A stretch of 64,000 nt of DNA from an uncultured Gammaproteobacteria bacterium (GTDB lineage Bacteria > Cyanobacteriota > Vampirovibrionia > Gastranaerophilales > CAZEDP01), in contig CAZXPD010000007.1 in assembly GCA_964643065.1 (NCBI GenBank), positions 136 to 64,135 on the forward strand, in the 5' to 3' direction. This document shows positions 10,754 through 19,893 of this stretch, piece after piece (the stretch's first letter is position 1; every line of letters starts with the position of its first letter). The notes below the pieces were generated by a model that made no database searches, had not been told where the DNA came from, and worked only from the letters and a program-made list of their open reading frames with translations. A program made the position numbers and the translations under genes.

Positions 10754-12043
10754 TTGAATATTACGGAGTTTATTATGAGCAAAATACAGATAATTGTTAC
10801 AAGCTGCAGCAGACGAAGTTTAGAGATAGAACAAATGAAAGACTTTTTTGAGGGGAACGGATACGATGTTGCGGATGATAACTGGAATATAGATACAAAT
10901 GCCGATTATATCCTTCTCAATACCTGTGCCTTCACAAAAGCGGCAGAGGATTTCGGAATAGAAACACTTCGAAAGATTCAAGCAAAAATGAAACCCACCG
11001 CAAAAGTTATTGTATGCGGGTGTATGCCTGAAATCAACAAAGAAAGGCTTCAGGAAGAGTTTGACGGGGAATTTTTCGGTCCCCGTTCTTATGAAAGTTT
11101 GAATGAAATATTTAAACCCGGCAGGAAGTTTCAGGAATTTAAACGTCCCAATATCATAAAAAAATCATTGCTATGCAAGATTAGAGATGATATAGACAAA
11201 ACGGCCGACACGCTAAAAACTTTTGACGGCAGTATATCAGGCTTAATATACATTGCCAAACAGCTATCAAACGGTATCAGTAAAAGATTGATTCAAAAAA
11301 TCGCAAACATTGAAAGCTCAAAGATTTTTTACATTCAAATTCAGGAAGGATGTCCTATGCATTGCACCTACTGCGTAATAAGGCTCGCCATAGGCAGTCT
11401 TAAAAGCCGCAGAATTCACGAAATCATGGAAGAATTCCGGCATGGACTTGAATTGGGGTATAAAAATTTTCAATTATTGGGTGATTGTGCCGGAGCCTAC
11501 GGACTCGATATTGGAGTTAATCTCGGAACACTTTTAAATGAATTTATAAAGACTGACGCAGAGTTCAAGCTCGACATTACCGATATTTCACCGCAATATC
11601 TGCAATTAATCAAAGAACCTCTGATAAAGCTTTGTCAAATGAACAAAATTTCAAGTTTTTATATACCGATACAGTCAGGCAGTTCAAGAATATTAGAGCT
11701 TATGAACCGGCTCTGCGATGTTACAAAATTGAAAAAGGATTTAATCGATATCAGAAATTCATCGGACAAATTTGCATTTGGAACATCGGTTATAGTCGGG
11801 TTTCCCTCAGAATCTATACTAGAACTTGAGGAAACGATTGCTATGTGTAACGATGTCGGATTTAATTGGGTTTGGTGCCATAGTTTTTCTGCCAGACCAG
11901 AAACAGAAGCAGCTGTTATGCCCTATCAAATCGAGGATAATGAAATCCTAAAAAGATCGGAATATTTTAAATCTGTTCTAAAAGAAAAAGTTCTTGTCAC
12001 CAATGCTCAAGATACGGCAGGAAGTAAAACCTGTCAGGGATAA
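10754..12043 (+). CDS. MiaB/RimO-family radical SAM methylthiotransferase-like enzyme
   Basis: It has an N-terminal MTTase domain with three Cys (TSCSRR, NTCAF, VCGCMP) and a radical SAM motif CPMHCTYC. The likely true start is the ATG at 10778 (MSKIQ..), preceded by ACGGAG. Confidence 0.75.
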   Translation: MNITEFIMSKIQIIVTSCSRRSLEIEQMKDFFEGNGYDVADDNWNIDTNADYILLNTCAFTKAAEDFGIETLRKIQAKMKPTAKVIVCGCMPEINKERLQEEFDGEFFGPRSYESLNEIFKPGRKFQEFKRPNIIKKSLLCKIRDDIDKTADTLKTFDGSISGLIYIAKQLSNGISKRLIQKIANIESSKIFYIQIQEGCPMHCTYCVIRLAIGSLKSRRIHEIMEEFRHGLELGYKNFQLLGDCAGAYGLDIGVNLGTLLNEFIKTDAEFKLDITDISPQYLQLIKEPLIKLCQMNKISSFYIPIQSGSSRILELMNRLCDVTKLKKDLIDIRNSSDKFAFGTSVIVGFPSESILELEETIAMCNDVGFNWVWCHSFSARPETEAAVMPYQIEDNEILKRSEYFKSVLKEKVLVTNAQDTAGSKTCQG

Positions 12044-12052
12044 AGCAAAAAG

Positions 12053-12928
12053 CTACATTTCCATATTCATCTGAGTGAACTGGACAATTTTGTTTTTGCC
12101 TCTGGATTTTGCCGCGTAAAGAGAGTGTTCTGCATATCTTACGAGTGTTTGAGCTGTCTCATCATCGATATCCGCAGGGAAAGGATAACTGGATATCCCT
12201 CCGCTGATTGTAACAATGTGTCTTTCTTCTTCTCCTTCGGGGATAAATTCCATTTGTGCAATATCCGCTCTTAATCTGTCGGCAAAAACATACGCGCTCT
12301 CTTCATCAGTATTGGGAAGCAGGAGCATAAATTCTTCATCACCGTATCGCGTTACAATATCTTCTTTTCTGGCATGTTTATTAAGCATTTGGGTTACGGA
12401 TTTCAACAATACATCGCCCCAATCATAACCATAGATGTCATTAACTGATTTAAAATAATCAATATCGAGAAGCAATAATGATAACGGAATATTATAACGT
12501 TTTGAACGGGATAATTCGGCTTCCAATCTTTGGTGGAAATAAGTTCTGTTATATAGTCCCGTCAATTCATCAGTTGTTGAAACAATTTTAATGCACTCTT
12601 TCAGTTCCTTTATTTTCAATAGATTTCTTATTCTTATGTTTAGCACATCCCTGTCAACGGGTGTCTGAATAAAATCATATGCTTCGCACCTGACATAAAG
12701 ACCGGGATTAAAATTATCAGTTACAAATAACGTCGGAAAATGAAATTTTGTCCTTACAAGCAAATCACTGATGCAACCCGAGTCGGCATCAACTATAACT
12801 ACGCCTTTGTCTTCATCAATGTTGCCTATCTCTTCAAGATTATAATTTTTTAATTCAATTTCATCGTTTTTTAATAACCCGTTTAAATTTGAAACCCCGC
12901 CATGGCTGTAAATGCTAATTTTCTTCAT
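12053..12928 (-). CDS. GGDEF-domain protein with an N-terminal receiver-like domain. The active-site motif is degenerate (RYGDEEF).
   Basis: 291 aa with a GGDEF fold (TGLYNRTYF, LLLDIDYFKSVND, RYGDEEF) and an RxxD (RKED) five residues upstream. Confidence 0.85.
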   Translation of the reverse strand: MKKISIYSHGGVSNLNGLLKNDEIELKNYNLEEIGNIDEDKGVVIVDADSGCISDLLVRTKFHFPTLFVTDNFNPGLYVRCEAYDFIQTPVDRDVLNIRIRNLLKIKELKECIKIVSTTDELTGLYNRTYFHQRLEAELSRSKRYNIPLSLLLLDIDYFKSVNDIYGYDWGDVLLKSVTQMLNKHARKEDIVTRYGDEEFMLLLPNTDEESAYVFADRLRADIAQMEFIPEGEEERHIVTISGGISSYPFPADIDDETAQTLVRYAEHSLYAAKSRGKNKIVQFTQMNMEM

Positions 12929-12997
12929 ATTACCACCGTATTAACTATTACTTGATTAATTTTATCAAATTATTATAAAAAAAAATACGTTTATACG

Positions 12998-13025
12998 TTA
13001 AAAGGGCGGGAATATATTCCCGCCC
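12998..13025 (-). terminator. Rho-independent terminator downstream of hup
   Basis: GGGCGGGAA-TATA-TTCCCGCCC perfect stem at 13004-13025, with a T tract on the minus strand. Confidence 0.7.
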
Positions 13026-13048
13026 TGAAAGTTATTCGTAAAAAAGTT

Positions 13049-13324
13049 CTACTTGTTTACGAGTTCTTTGAATTTTTTGCCTGCTGTGAAAGCCGGAACT
13101 GTTTTAGCAGCAATCTTGATTTCTTTACCTGTTTGAGGATTTCTGCCTGTTCTTGCTTTACGTTTGCGAGCTTCGAATGTACCGAAACCGACTAATGTTA
13201 CTTTTTTACCTTTAGCAACTGTTTTTTCTACAACGTCCATAAGGACTGAAAGAACTTCAGAAGCTTCTTTTTGTGTAACCTTAGCTTTTTTGGAGATTTC
13301 TTGTACTAATTCTTCCTTATTCAT
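13049..13324 (-). CDS. hup: DNA-binding protein HU
   Basis: 91 aa (MNKEELV..GFGTFEARKRKARTGRNPQTGKEI.I...VPAFTAGK). Confidence 0.95.
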   Translation of the reverse strand: MNKEELVQEISKKAKVTQKEASEVLSVLMDVVEKTVAKGKKVTLVGFGTFEARKRKARTGRNPQTGKEIKIAAKTVPAFTAGKKFKELVNK

Positions 13325-13628
13325 CCGTAAACTCCTTTCAATAAATAAACGGATAACACTGACATGACTATTATATTGATAAAGTCGAAATGCGCAAGCT
13401 TTTTTTGTGAAGTATTAAATATTTTCAGAAACAATTCGTTTGAATATCTAACGGTCATATGAGTTTAGAAATTTCCGAATATCGCATATTCCGGTTAATT
13501 CAGCAAACGCCAAAATATAAGACATTTCAGGAATATGGCTCATAAAATCAATCATTCTAAAGGTGACGACATTTCTGAATTTCAATAATATACCGAAATA
13601 CTCTTTCCTAAAGCGGATTGATTGTCTC

Positions 13629-13742
13629 AAAAAAAAGAAAGCTGCCGAAACGGCAGCTGCAAGACAATCTTGGGAGGAGATTTGGGGGTTGTTTGTTTAC
13701 ATCTTAATTAAGAGTCAAGGCAAAAAAAAATTGTCTTTTTTT
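13629..13742 (-). ncRNA. Candidate ~115-nt small RNA defined by an orphan promoter and a canonical terminator. It carries a C-rich anti-Shine-Dalgarno stretch.
   Basis: On the minus strand there is a -35 TTGGAA (13778-13773), an 18-nt spacer and a -10 TAATAT (13754-13749). A terminator GCTGCCG-TTT-CGGCAGC (13657-13641) follows, then TTTCTTTTTTTT. No minus-strand ORF lies upstream. The body contains CCCCCAAAUCUCCUCCC. Confidence 0.35.
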
Positions 13743-13876
13743 CTTCAAATATTACAAAATTGTTACAAAGATTTCCAAAAGTCGCGGAATAACAGCACTT
13801 TAATTATGAGAAACTTAACTAATAACATTTTTGATTTATATTTAGTAGTGACAAGCATATAAAAATTTTTTTTTCG

Positions 13877-14323
13877 ATGGTCTATAACAATTTTAAAACT
13901 GAATTTATGTTGGAGGCTTACAGGACTGCTCAATCTTCTGTAAATGAAGTCCCGGTCGGTGCGGTTATTGTTAAAGGCGGAAAGATTATCGCAAAATCAG
14001 GAAATTTGAAAGAAACCGAAAACAATCCCTGTATGCACGCAGAAATAGCTGCAATAACAGAAGCCTGTAAAAATCTCAAAAGCTGGCGTCTTGATGACAC
14101 CTCAATTTATGTAACATTAGAGCCCTGTCCAATGTGTGCGGCTGCAATTTTGTACGCCAGAATACCAAACGTTTATTTTGGAGCCTATGACAGTCTTTAC
14201 GGTGCATTTGGTTCGGCATTGAATATGCAGGAATATATTAACTTTTATCCAAAAGTCAAAGGCGGAATTATGGAAAAGGAATGTTCCGAACTGCTTAAAG
14301 AGTATTTTCAATCAAGACGGTAA
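13877..14323 (+). CDS. tadA: tRNA-specific adenosine deaminase
   Basis: 148 aa with CDA zinc motifs HAEIAAI and PCPMCAAA. Confidence 0.92.
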   Translation: MVYNNFKTEFMLEAYRTAQSSVNEVPVGAVIVKGGKIIAKSGNLKETENNPCMHAEIAAITEACKNLKSWRLDDTSIYVTLEPCPMCAAAILYARIPNVYFGAYDSLYGAFGSALNMQEYINFYPKVKGGIMEKECSELLKEYFQSRR

Positions 14324-14387
14324 ATATTTGTCAACATTTTCATAATTCTGTTTCCAAATTTCTCAATAAATGCTTAAATATTAACAG

Positions 14388-14589
14388 CTCCATGCTGTTG
14401 TCCGTTTTGATCCTACAAATTTTCAAAAGGGAGCTCTATCTCCGATGATATTGAAGTAAACCTAACGCGTATTAGGAAACGGAAAGTATCAGGGGGGGCA
14501 CCCACCTATCTGAGGAAGATAGGTTTCAAAACCTCAGCTGTATGGAGTGATTTTTTAAAAAAGCTTCCCATTTATACGGGAAGCTTTTG
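14388..14589 (+). ncRNA. Candidate structured RNA: a ~160-nt rod-like fold plus its own intrinsic terminator. The family is not identified.
   Basis: Closing helix CTCCAT/GCTG (14388-14397) pairs with CAGC..ATGGAG (14535-14547). A second helix GTTTTGA pairs with TCAAAAC. There is an internal 7-bp hairpin CCTATCT-GAGGA-AGATAGG. Terminator AAGCTTCCC/GGGAAGCTT lies at 14561-14586 with a T run. A TATTAA -10-like box lies at 14376-14381. Confidence 0.4.
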
Positions 14590-14678
14590 ACATACTAATA
14601 ATTTGTTTTAGCGAATAATAAAGTTTTGCATACCAAGTTATGCTCCTGTATCATTTAGAAAATAATACGTGACAAAAA

Positions 14679-15362
14679 ATGGATAACTATACGTTTAATT
14701 CGGATAAATTCTTAACATGGCACGAATGCCGTAAGAAGTATTATTTAAAATACATTAAGGAGATAAAAGTACCTCAAATTGAAAATCAATTTGAATTAGG
14801 TAAATCAGTTCATGCATTAATTAATTATTATTTGAGAGGATTTGATGTCAAACCTCTTTTGAAAAATGCGTCAGATGATATTAAACAAGCGTGGAATGTA
14901 ATAACAAGCAGTAATTTTTTATCTGCTAATAATGTATTTTTAACGGAATGGCAGTTTAACTGCAGCCTGAAGAACACTGAATACTGGCTTAGCGGACGAA
15001 TTGACGCAGTGTTTTATGACGGACTAACATCAAAATATACTATTGTTGATTGGAAAACAGGTCAAACCATTCCGAAGAATGCTGAAATGAATCCTCAAAC
15101 AATACTGTATCTATATTCTTTTTTCAAAGCTCAAAATGATTTAAAAATATCATTCAAACAAGATGATTTAGCATTTGAATACGTTAAAATTTCGGAGTGC
15201 ATCACAACAAAACGCGTCAATTATTCTGCGAAGCTCGAAAATATTTATGAAGACTATCTGATTGCTACTTTACAGGATATAGAAAATGAACTCGAATATA
15301 ACAGAACCGACTGCTGTACCTCAAAATTCTGCGAATATGCAAACATCTGCCAAAATATTTAA
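14679..15362 (+). CDS. PD-(D/E)XK (RecB/Cas4-like) nuclease family protein with Fe-S cysteines
   Basis: 227 aa with motifs GRIDAVF and IVDWKTGQ. It has one N-terminal Cys (WHECRKKYY) and a C-terminal CCTSKFCEYANIC cluster. Confidence 0.7.
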   Translation: MDNYTFNSDKFLTWHECRKKYYLKYIKEIKVPQIENQFELGKSVHALINYYLRGFDVKPLLKNASDDIKQAWNVITSSNFLSANNVFLTEWQFNCSLKNTEYWLSGRIDAVFYDGLTSKYTIVDWKTGQTIPKNAEMNPQTILYLYSFFKAQNDLKISFKQDDLAFEYVKISECITTKRVNYSAKLENIYEDYLIATLQDIENELEYNRTDCCTSKFCEYANICQNI

Positions 15363-15368
15363 AATTTC

Positions 15369-16358
15369 TTAAAAGCCGCCTAAAAAATTTGTATCGTTAT
15401 TATTCATATATACAAAAGCGTATAATATATTAGGCATAAACCACCTTGTGCCGATTTCAAGCATAATCTTCGTTGCTTCGTTAGGTCCCGAAACATAAAA
15501 TTCAGTTCTGTTGCAAATTATGTTATGAAACATATCAGCCACAATCAAAACATAAGTTTCCTGTGAAATTTCTTCCGATTCTAATTTTAAGGGGTAACCT
15601 GAACCGTCGTTTCTTTCATGGTGATTTAAGACAATTTGAGCAACACCCTCACTGTATAATAACTCATCACGAATTATGCCGTACGAAATCTTTGGATGTT
15701 CTTCAAGAAGAGATTCTTCAACTGCACTCAGGGCTTTTTTATCCAATATATCCGTAGGAAGCCTTTTTTTGCCTATATCATGAAGCAACGCTGCTAAAGC
15801 AATATTATTTATTTGGCTCCTTGTCATCTTCAAACTTGCAGCCAGAGCGGTACTCAATATCGCAGTATTGATACCATGAACCTGGTGATAATCTCCTTCA
15901 ACAAGAAGCTGTGATTTATAAACCATATTATCGAAATTATTCAGCGTTCCCTGAACAATTTTATTCCTGAGTTCGTAAAAAACAGTTGACTTAGTTTTAA
16001 TTTCGTCATTTGCAGCCGCTCTCACAGCATTAGAATAGTGATGCTTTATATATTCAAGCAGCTCCGGGGTAAGTTTTTTAATTTCTACTTCAGGCGGAAA
16101 ATATAAATCCTCAATCTTGATTTGATTTAAATTTGCTGATGGTTTTGGAATATCAACGACAGACACTTCCAGAGCTGATTGCAGCTCTTCCAGAATATCA
16201 TCGTCCTGTTTATACAATGCAGATATGTATTTTAATTGAAGAATCCTTCCTGCTGTTAGTGCTTCCCCTTTCTTCATTACAATATCGCCTTCCTCATTAT
16301 ACAAATCAAACGGAAGCTCTTTTTTGTCTATTAATTCTCCGATGGATATTTGCTTCAA
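15369..16358 (-). CDS. HD-GYP domain protein (putative c-di-GMP phosphodiesterase)
   Basis: 329 aa with HDIGK and HHERNDGSGYP motifs. Confidence 0.88.
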   Translation of the reverse strand: MKQISIGELIDKKELPFDLYNEEGDIVMKKGEALTAGRILQLKYISALYKQDDDILEELQSALEVSVVDIPKPSANLNQIKIEDLYFPPEVEIKKLTPELLEYIKHHYSNAVRAAANDEIKTKSTVFYELRNKIVQGTLNNFDNMVYKSQLLVEGDYHQVHGINTAILSTALAASLKMTRSQINNIALAALLHDIGKKRLPTDILDKKALSAVEESLLEEHPKISYGIIRDELLYSEGVAQIVLNHHERNDGSGYPLKLESEEISQETYVLIVADMFHNIICNRTEFYVSGPNEATKIMLEIGTRWFMPNILYAFVYMNNNDTNFLGGF

Positions 16359-16380
16359 TTAATGCTCTCCGGCAAATTAA

Positions 16381-17931
16381 TTATTCCCATTCTATTGTGC
16401 TTGGGGGTTTGGAAGATATATCATAGACAACTCTGTTAATCCCCTTCACCTCATTTATTATACGATTTGAAATCAATTCTAACAAGTTATGAGAAACTTT
16501 AACCCAATCTGCCGTCATGCCGTCCGAACTTTCTACTATACGAATGACTGCCACATTTTCGTATGTACGCTCATCACCCATAACACCGACTGATTTTATC
16601 GGCAAAAGAACTCCGAATGACTGCCATACCTTATTATAAAGACCGGCTGCTTTCACTTCATCCACTATTATCTTGTCTGCTTTTCTTAATATTTCGAGCT
16701 TGTGTTTATCAATTTCCCCGATGATTCTGACTGCCAGACCCGGACCCGGGAACGGCTGTCTGTTAATAATTTCTTTGGGCATCGAGAGTTCGCCTGCAAT
16801 CAATCTGACTTCATCTTTAAATAACTCTCTGAACGGCTCAACAAGTTTCAGGTTCATTTTATCGGGTAAACCGCCTACATTATGATGGCTTTTTATAGTG
16901 CACGAAGGACCGTTAACCGAAACACTCTCGATAACATCGGGGTACAGAGTACCCTGAGCAAGAAATTTTACGTTCTTAATTGTATTTGCTTCTTGTTCAA
17001 ATACCTCGATAAATTCTCTGCCGATGATTTTTCTCTTTTGTTCAGGATCGATAACACCTTGCAGCGCTTTTAAGAATCTGTCCTCCGCATCAACATATAT
17101 AAGATTGATTTTAAAATTATCTTTAAATATCTTAACAACCTTCTGTGCTTCGCCATCGCGTAAAAGCCCGTTGTTTACAAATATACACTTTAGCTTATCT
17201 CCGACGGCTTTATGCAGTAGTACGGCAAGGGTTGAAGAGTCCACACCTCCGCTTAATCCGCAAATAATATTGCTCTCTCCGACCGTTGCTTGTATTTCAT
17301 TAATCTGTGATTTAACAAAATCACCTATGTTCCAGTCAGGCTTGCAATTGCAGATTGCAAACAGGAAATTTTTTAATATTTCCCTGCCTCTGGGTGTATG
17401 CTCGACCTCGGGATGGAACTGTACGCCGATAAAGTTTTTCTGTTTATTTTCGATGGCACAATAAGGGGTATTTTCGCTCACTGCAAGCAGTGAAAAACCA
17501 TTCGGAATGCGGGTAATTTTATCACCGTGACTCATCCATACTTTAGTCTTTTTAGTGCTAAAGCCTTTAAAAATATCCGAATAGTCACTAATTGTTATGA
17601 AAGCGTTTCCGTATTCTTTTTTTGCGGATTTTTGAACTTCTCCGCCTAAAACCTGACACATGAGCTGAAGCCCGTAACAAATGCCAAGCACGGGTATACC
17701 CAAATTGAATACCTCAATATCGCATATAGGTGCATTTTTTTCATAAACACTGGACGGACCACCCGAAAGGATAACCCCTTTTGGATTAAAGTCTTTAATT
17801 TTTTTTATGGGACAGTTAAAAGGGTATATTTCGCAGTATACTTTCTGTTCTCTTATTCTCCTTGCTATGAGATGAGTGTATTGGGAACCGAAATCCAGTA
17901 TTAAGATTTTATTTTCTGATTTTTGCCTCAA
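16381..17931 (-). CDS. guaA: GMP synthase (glutamine-hydrolysing)
   Basis: 516 aa with a GATase domain (GICYGLQ, HPE), an ATP-PPase loop SGGVDSS and a C-terminal dimerisation domain ending PPSTIEWE. Confidence 0.96.
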   Translation of the reverse strand: MRQKSENKILILDFGSQYTHLIARRIREQKVYCEIYPFNCPIKKIKDFNPKGVILSGGPSSVYEKNAPICDIEVFNLGIPVLGICYGLQLMCQVLGGEVQKSAKKEYGNAFITISDYSDIFKGFSTKKTKVWMSHGDKITRIPNGFSLLAVSENTPYCAIENKQKNFIGVQFHPEVEHTPRGREILKNFLFAICNCKPDWNIGDFVKSQINEIQATVGESNIICGLSGGVDSSTLAVLLHKAVGDKLKCIFVNNGLLRDGEAQKVVKIFKDNFKINLIYVDAEDRFLKALQGVIDPEQKRKIIGREFIEVFEQEANTIKNVKFLAQGTLYPDVIESVSVNGPSCTIKSHHNVGGLPDKMNLKLVEPFRELFKDEVRLIAGELSMPKEIINRQPFPGPGLAVRIIGEIDKHKLEILRKADKIIVDEVKAAGLYNKVWQSFGVLLPIKSVGVMGDERTYENVAVIRIVESSDGMTADWVKVSHNLLELISNRIINEVKGINRVVYDISSKPPSTIEWE

Positions 17932-18120
17932 ATTAATATCCCCGTTTTAATTAGAAAATATCGTAGCATAAGCAGATGTTTTTAATACAATTTCATATGT
18001 AAAGTTCAGTAAAGCTAAAATATATGATGACTAAATCCCTGTTATCGTTCATAATATATGATGTATTATCACTTGTGATACTTCTCTTTAAAAATAACAA
18101 AGCAAGCGTGAGGTTTAGGT

Positions 18121-19893
18121 TTGAAGAGATATTTTTTTGTTTTAACAATGACGGCAGTAATACTGCTTAATTTGTTATGCAAAACAGCTTTAGCTGAGGG
18201 TAATTTCATAATAAGAAACGTTATGAGAGACGATTCCGGCAATATGGTTCTTTTAAACGGCATCAATGAAAACAAAAATATTAATTTTAAAGTCTCTTCA
18301 CTGTCCGGTCCCGACAGAGTCGTGGTCGATATCGTCGATTCAATACTTCCGGACGTCAAACGAAGTTTTGATAATCTGACAAAAGATATTTCGAGCTTCA
18401 GAATAGCCCAATTCTCAACAAACCCAAACATAGTCAGAGTTGTTTTTAATGTTAATTCAAAAGACAGTTTTTCGAAAATTGCTTTGTACAAATCAAAAAG
18501 CGGAATTATTTTTAAACTGAACGACATTAATAAGCCCCAAAGCATCAACAATTATTTGTATGTTTCAGGTGATAACAAACAACCTTACAGCCAAAACATT
18601 AATTCTTCGGACAAAAAATTTTCTATAAACAGAATCAAATTTTCGGATAATTCTTTAACCATATCCGGTACTGGAAATATTAATATTAAGCAGCCATTTG
18701 TGCTTCAAAACCCGAGCAGAATAGTCTTTGATATGCCAAACAGCAAAGTATCATCCGGTGATTTTCTGAAATCATTTAATTTGAGCAATAAAGACACAGT
18801 CAGGATAGGACAGTTTAACCCTGATACCGTAAGAATAACTATTGACACTGCAAAACCGGAAATTTACAGACAAATTATCTCACCTGATTTGCAAACATTA
18901 ATTATTGCGCATAAGGATTTTGTCAACATATCAGATATGCCTGATTCTAAATCCACAGCTTACATTCAATCAATCAAAACATTCAAATTACCTGACAATA
19001 AAACAGAAATTCAGATTGCATTCAATAAGCCCGTTATTCATTCGTTCAGATATTTGAACGGAACAGTTGGGCTTGATTTATATAACGTTTTCAAGCCTAA
19101 AAAAACTTTAATCGAGCACTTTACAAGTTCAGAACAATGCAAGGAAATCAAAGCCGCAAATATTGACGGTTACAAAACCGGCACTTCTTTGCTTTTTTCC
19201 GCTAACCGAGGAGCAATTATTGATACTGCAATCAGCAAAGACAGTAAAATATTGAAGTTAACAATTAAAGACACTATTAATCCGAATTTACTTAATCAGC
19301 CTGCAGCATTTGTAGTCATTGACGCAGGACACGGCGGAAGCGATCCGGGCGCACAGCGAGCCGGCATTTCCGAGAAAAATATTAATATTGCGGTTGCAAA
19401 AAAAGTCAAAGAATACTTGACTAAAGCTAATGTTAGTGTAGTAATGACTCGTGAGGACGACAGTACTGTCAGCCTGCAGGACAGAGTCGGAATGGCAAAT
19501 AATCTGCCTAAATCAGATGCATTTGTCAGCATACATGCGAACGCGTGTGAAAGTCACGGAGTAACAGGTATTGAGATATACTGGTTTACCCCGCAGAGCA
19601 GTGAACTTGCTAAAGACGTTCATGAAAAACTCGTTCAGTATGTAAATACCAAGGACAGAGGTACAATATACAATATGTTTTACGTGATAAAAAATACAAA
19701 TGCCCCGTCAATTCTAGTAGAGATAGGTTTTCTTACCAATGAAGAAGAGAGAAACTCCCTCTTAACTCCTGAAAGGCAAGATGCTACCGCAAAAGGAATT
19801 GCGAAAGGCATATTGGACTTTTTAAAGCTTAAATCTCCTGCTTTAAGTTTTAACTTTGGTGAAATCGGAATTGAGGACAATAATGGACAATGA
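18121..19893 (+). CDS. N-acetylmuramoyl-L-alanine amidase with a signal peptide and AMIN domains
   Basis: 590 aa with an N-terminal signal peptide, repeated AMIN-like domains (..RVVVDI.., ..RIVFDM..) and a C-terminal Amidase_3 domain (VIDAGHGGSDPGA, SIHANA, EIGFLTN). Confidence 0.88.
   Translation: MKRYFFVLTMTAVILLNLLCKTALAEGNFIIRNVMRDDSGNMVLLNGINENKNINFKVSSLSGPDRVVVDIVDSILPDVKRSFDNLTKDISSFRIAQFSTNPNIVRVVFNVNSKDSFSKIALYKSKSGIIFKLNDINKPQSINNYLYVSGDNKQPYSQNINSSDKKFSINRIKFSDNSLTISGTGNINIKQPFVLQNPSRIVFDMPNSKVSSGDFLKSFNLSNKDTVRIGQFNPDTVRITIDTAKPEIYRQIISPDLQTLIIAHKDFVNISDMPDSKSTAYIQSIKTFKLPDNKTEIQIAFNKPVIHSFRYLNGTVGLDLYNVFKPKKTLIEHFTSSEQCKEIKAANIDGYKTGTSLLFSANRGAIIDTAISKDSKILKLTIKDTINPNLLNQPAAFVVIDAGHGGSDPGAQRAGISEKNINIAVAKKVKEYLTKANVSVVMTREDDSTVSLQDRVGMANNLPKSDAFVSIHANACESHGVTGIEIYWFTPQSSELAKDVHEKLVQYVNTKDRGTIYNMFYVIKNTNAPSILVEIGFLTNEEERNSLLTPERQDATAKGIAKGILDFLKLKSPALSFNFGEIGIEDNNGQ

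Noticed and set aside
13563-13862. 99-aa plus-strand ORF between hup and tadA
   Set aside because: It has low-complexity Lys/Phe-rich content and no ribosome-binding site at its start, and it spans the hairpins and poly-A/T tracts of the intergenic region. Only its TTG-initiated 3' portion behind the strong SD is noted as a weak alternative in the sRNA finding.
14388-14547. SRP (4.5S/scRNA) RNA, suspected from the tadA-downstream position
   Set aside because: I could not find the conserved helix-8 signature: a GNRA tetraloop closed by a short stem, with flanking AGCA/GGAA-type symmetric and asymmetric loops, as in GUCAGGUCCGGAAGGAAGCAGC. The only GGAA-containing hairpin is a perfect 7-bp stem without internal loops. 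I kept it as an unassigned structured RNA. A covariance-model search could still overturn this.
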